Assembly (NCBI RefSeq): GCF_018350175.1
Contig: NC_058368.1
Coordinates: forward strand, 27,344,001 to 27,408,000
DNA length: 64,000 nucleotides
Source: Felis catus
Taxonomy: Eukaryota
Direction of reading: 5' to 3'
In this document: in pieces, positions 63,891 to 64,000 of the stretch
Position numbering within the stretch: position 1 is the stretch's first letter
Layout: every line of letters begins with the position of its first letter
Notes under the pieces: generated by a model
Database searches by the model: none
What the model was told of the DNA's origin: nothing
Seen by the model: only the letters and a program-made list of their open reading frames with translations
Program-made: the position numbers and the translations under genes

Positions 63891-64000
63891 GGAGGAATAC
63901 TGGCCTCAGTTATTCATACCAGTGTCATTCTACTGTGGTTACGTACTTAGAGACGACAGGAATTCTTTCTGCCCTAATGTCAGGCACAAATACGTACACA

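Noticed and set aside
1..64000. Foreign insert, processed pseudogene, snoRNA/miRNA or prokaryote-type system
   Set aside because: No long intact non-repeat ORF, composition break or recognisable structured RNA was seen by eye; an Rfam/Infernal and BLASTX scan would be needed to exclude these formally

Overview
This is mammalian (felid) genomic DNA: it carries many Felidae-type CAN-SINEs plus MIR, L2, MLT1, MER5 and Tigger elements. The whole window appears to lie inside the ENOX1 gene on the + strand. Six consecutive internal coding exons (labelled A-F here: 8894-9067, 10603-10809, 14429-14662, 24964-25176, 44439-44545, 48730-48847) have GT-AG boundaries. They splice in frame into about 351 codons (DSICVPGFDP...KKMRVDES) covering the Pro-rich region, CKSC motif, RRM and first charged helical region. 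The start and stop codons lie outside the window. The remainder is intronic, with about 18 CAN-SINEs (several young, with perfect TSDs), older TEs, long microsatellites and some TE-free, homeodomain-motif-rich blocks. I found no convincing novel multi-gene system, CRISPR array or foreign insert. The best leads are an intragenic CpG island on exon C with an in-frame upstream ATG, inverted SINE pairs bracketing exons E/F, a candidate TALE-HOX enhancer, and some unusual local structures. TE subfamily names and human protein comparisons come from memory of consensus sequences and need RepeatMasker/BLAST confirmation.
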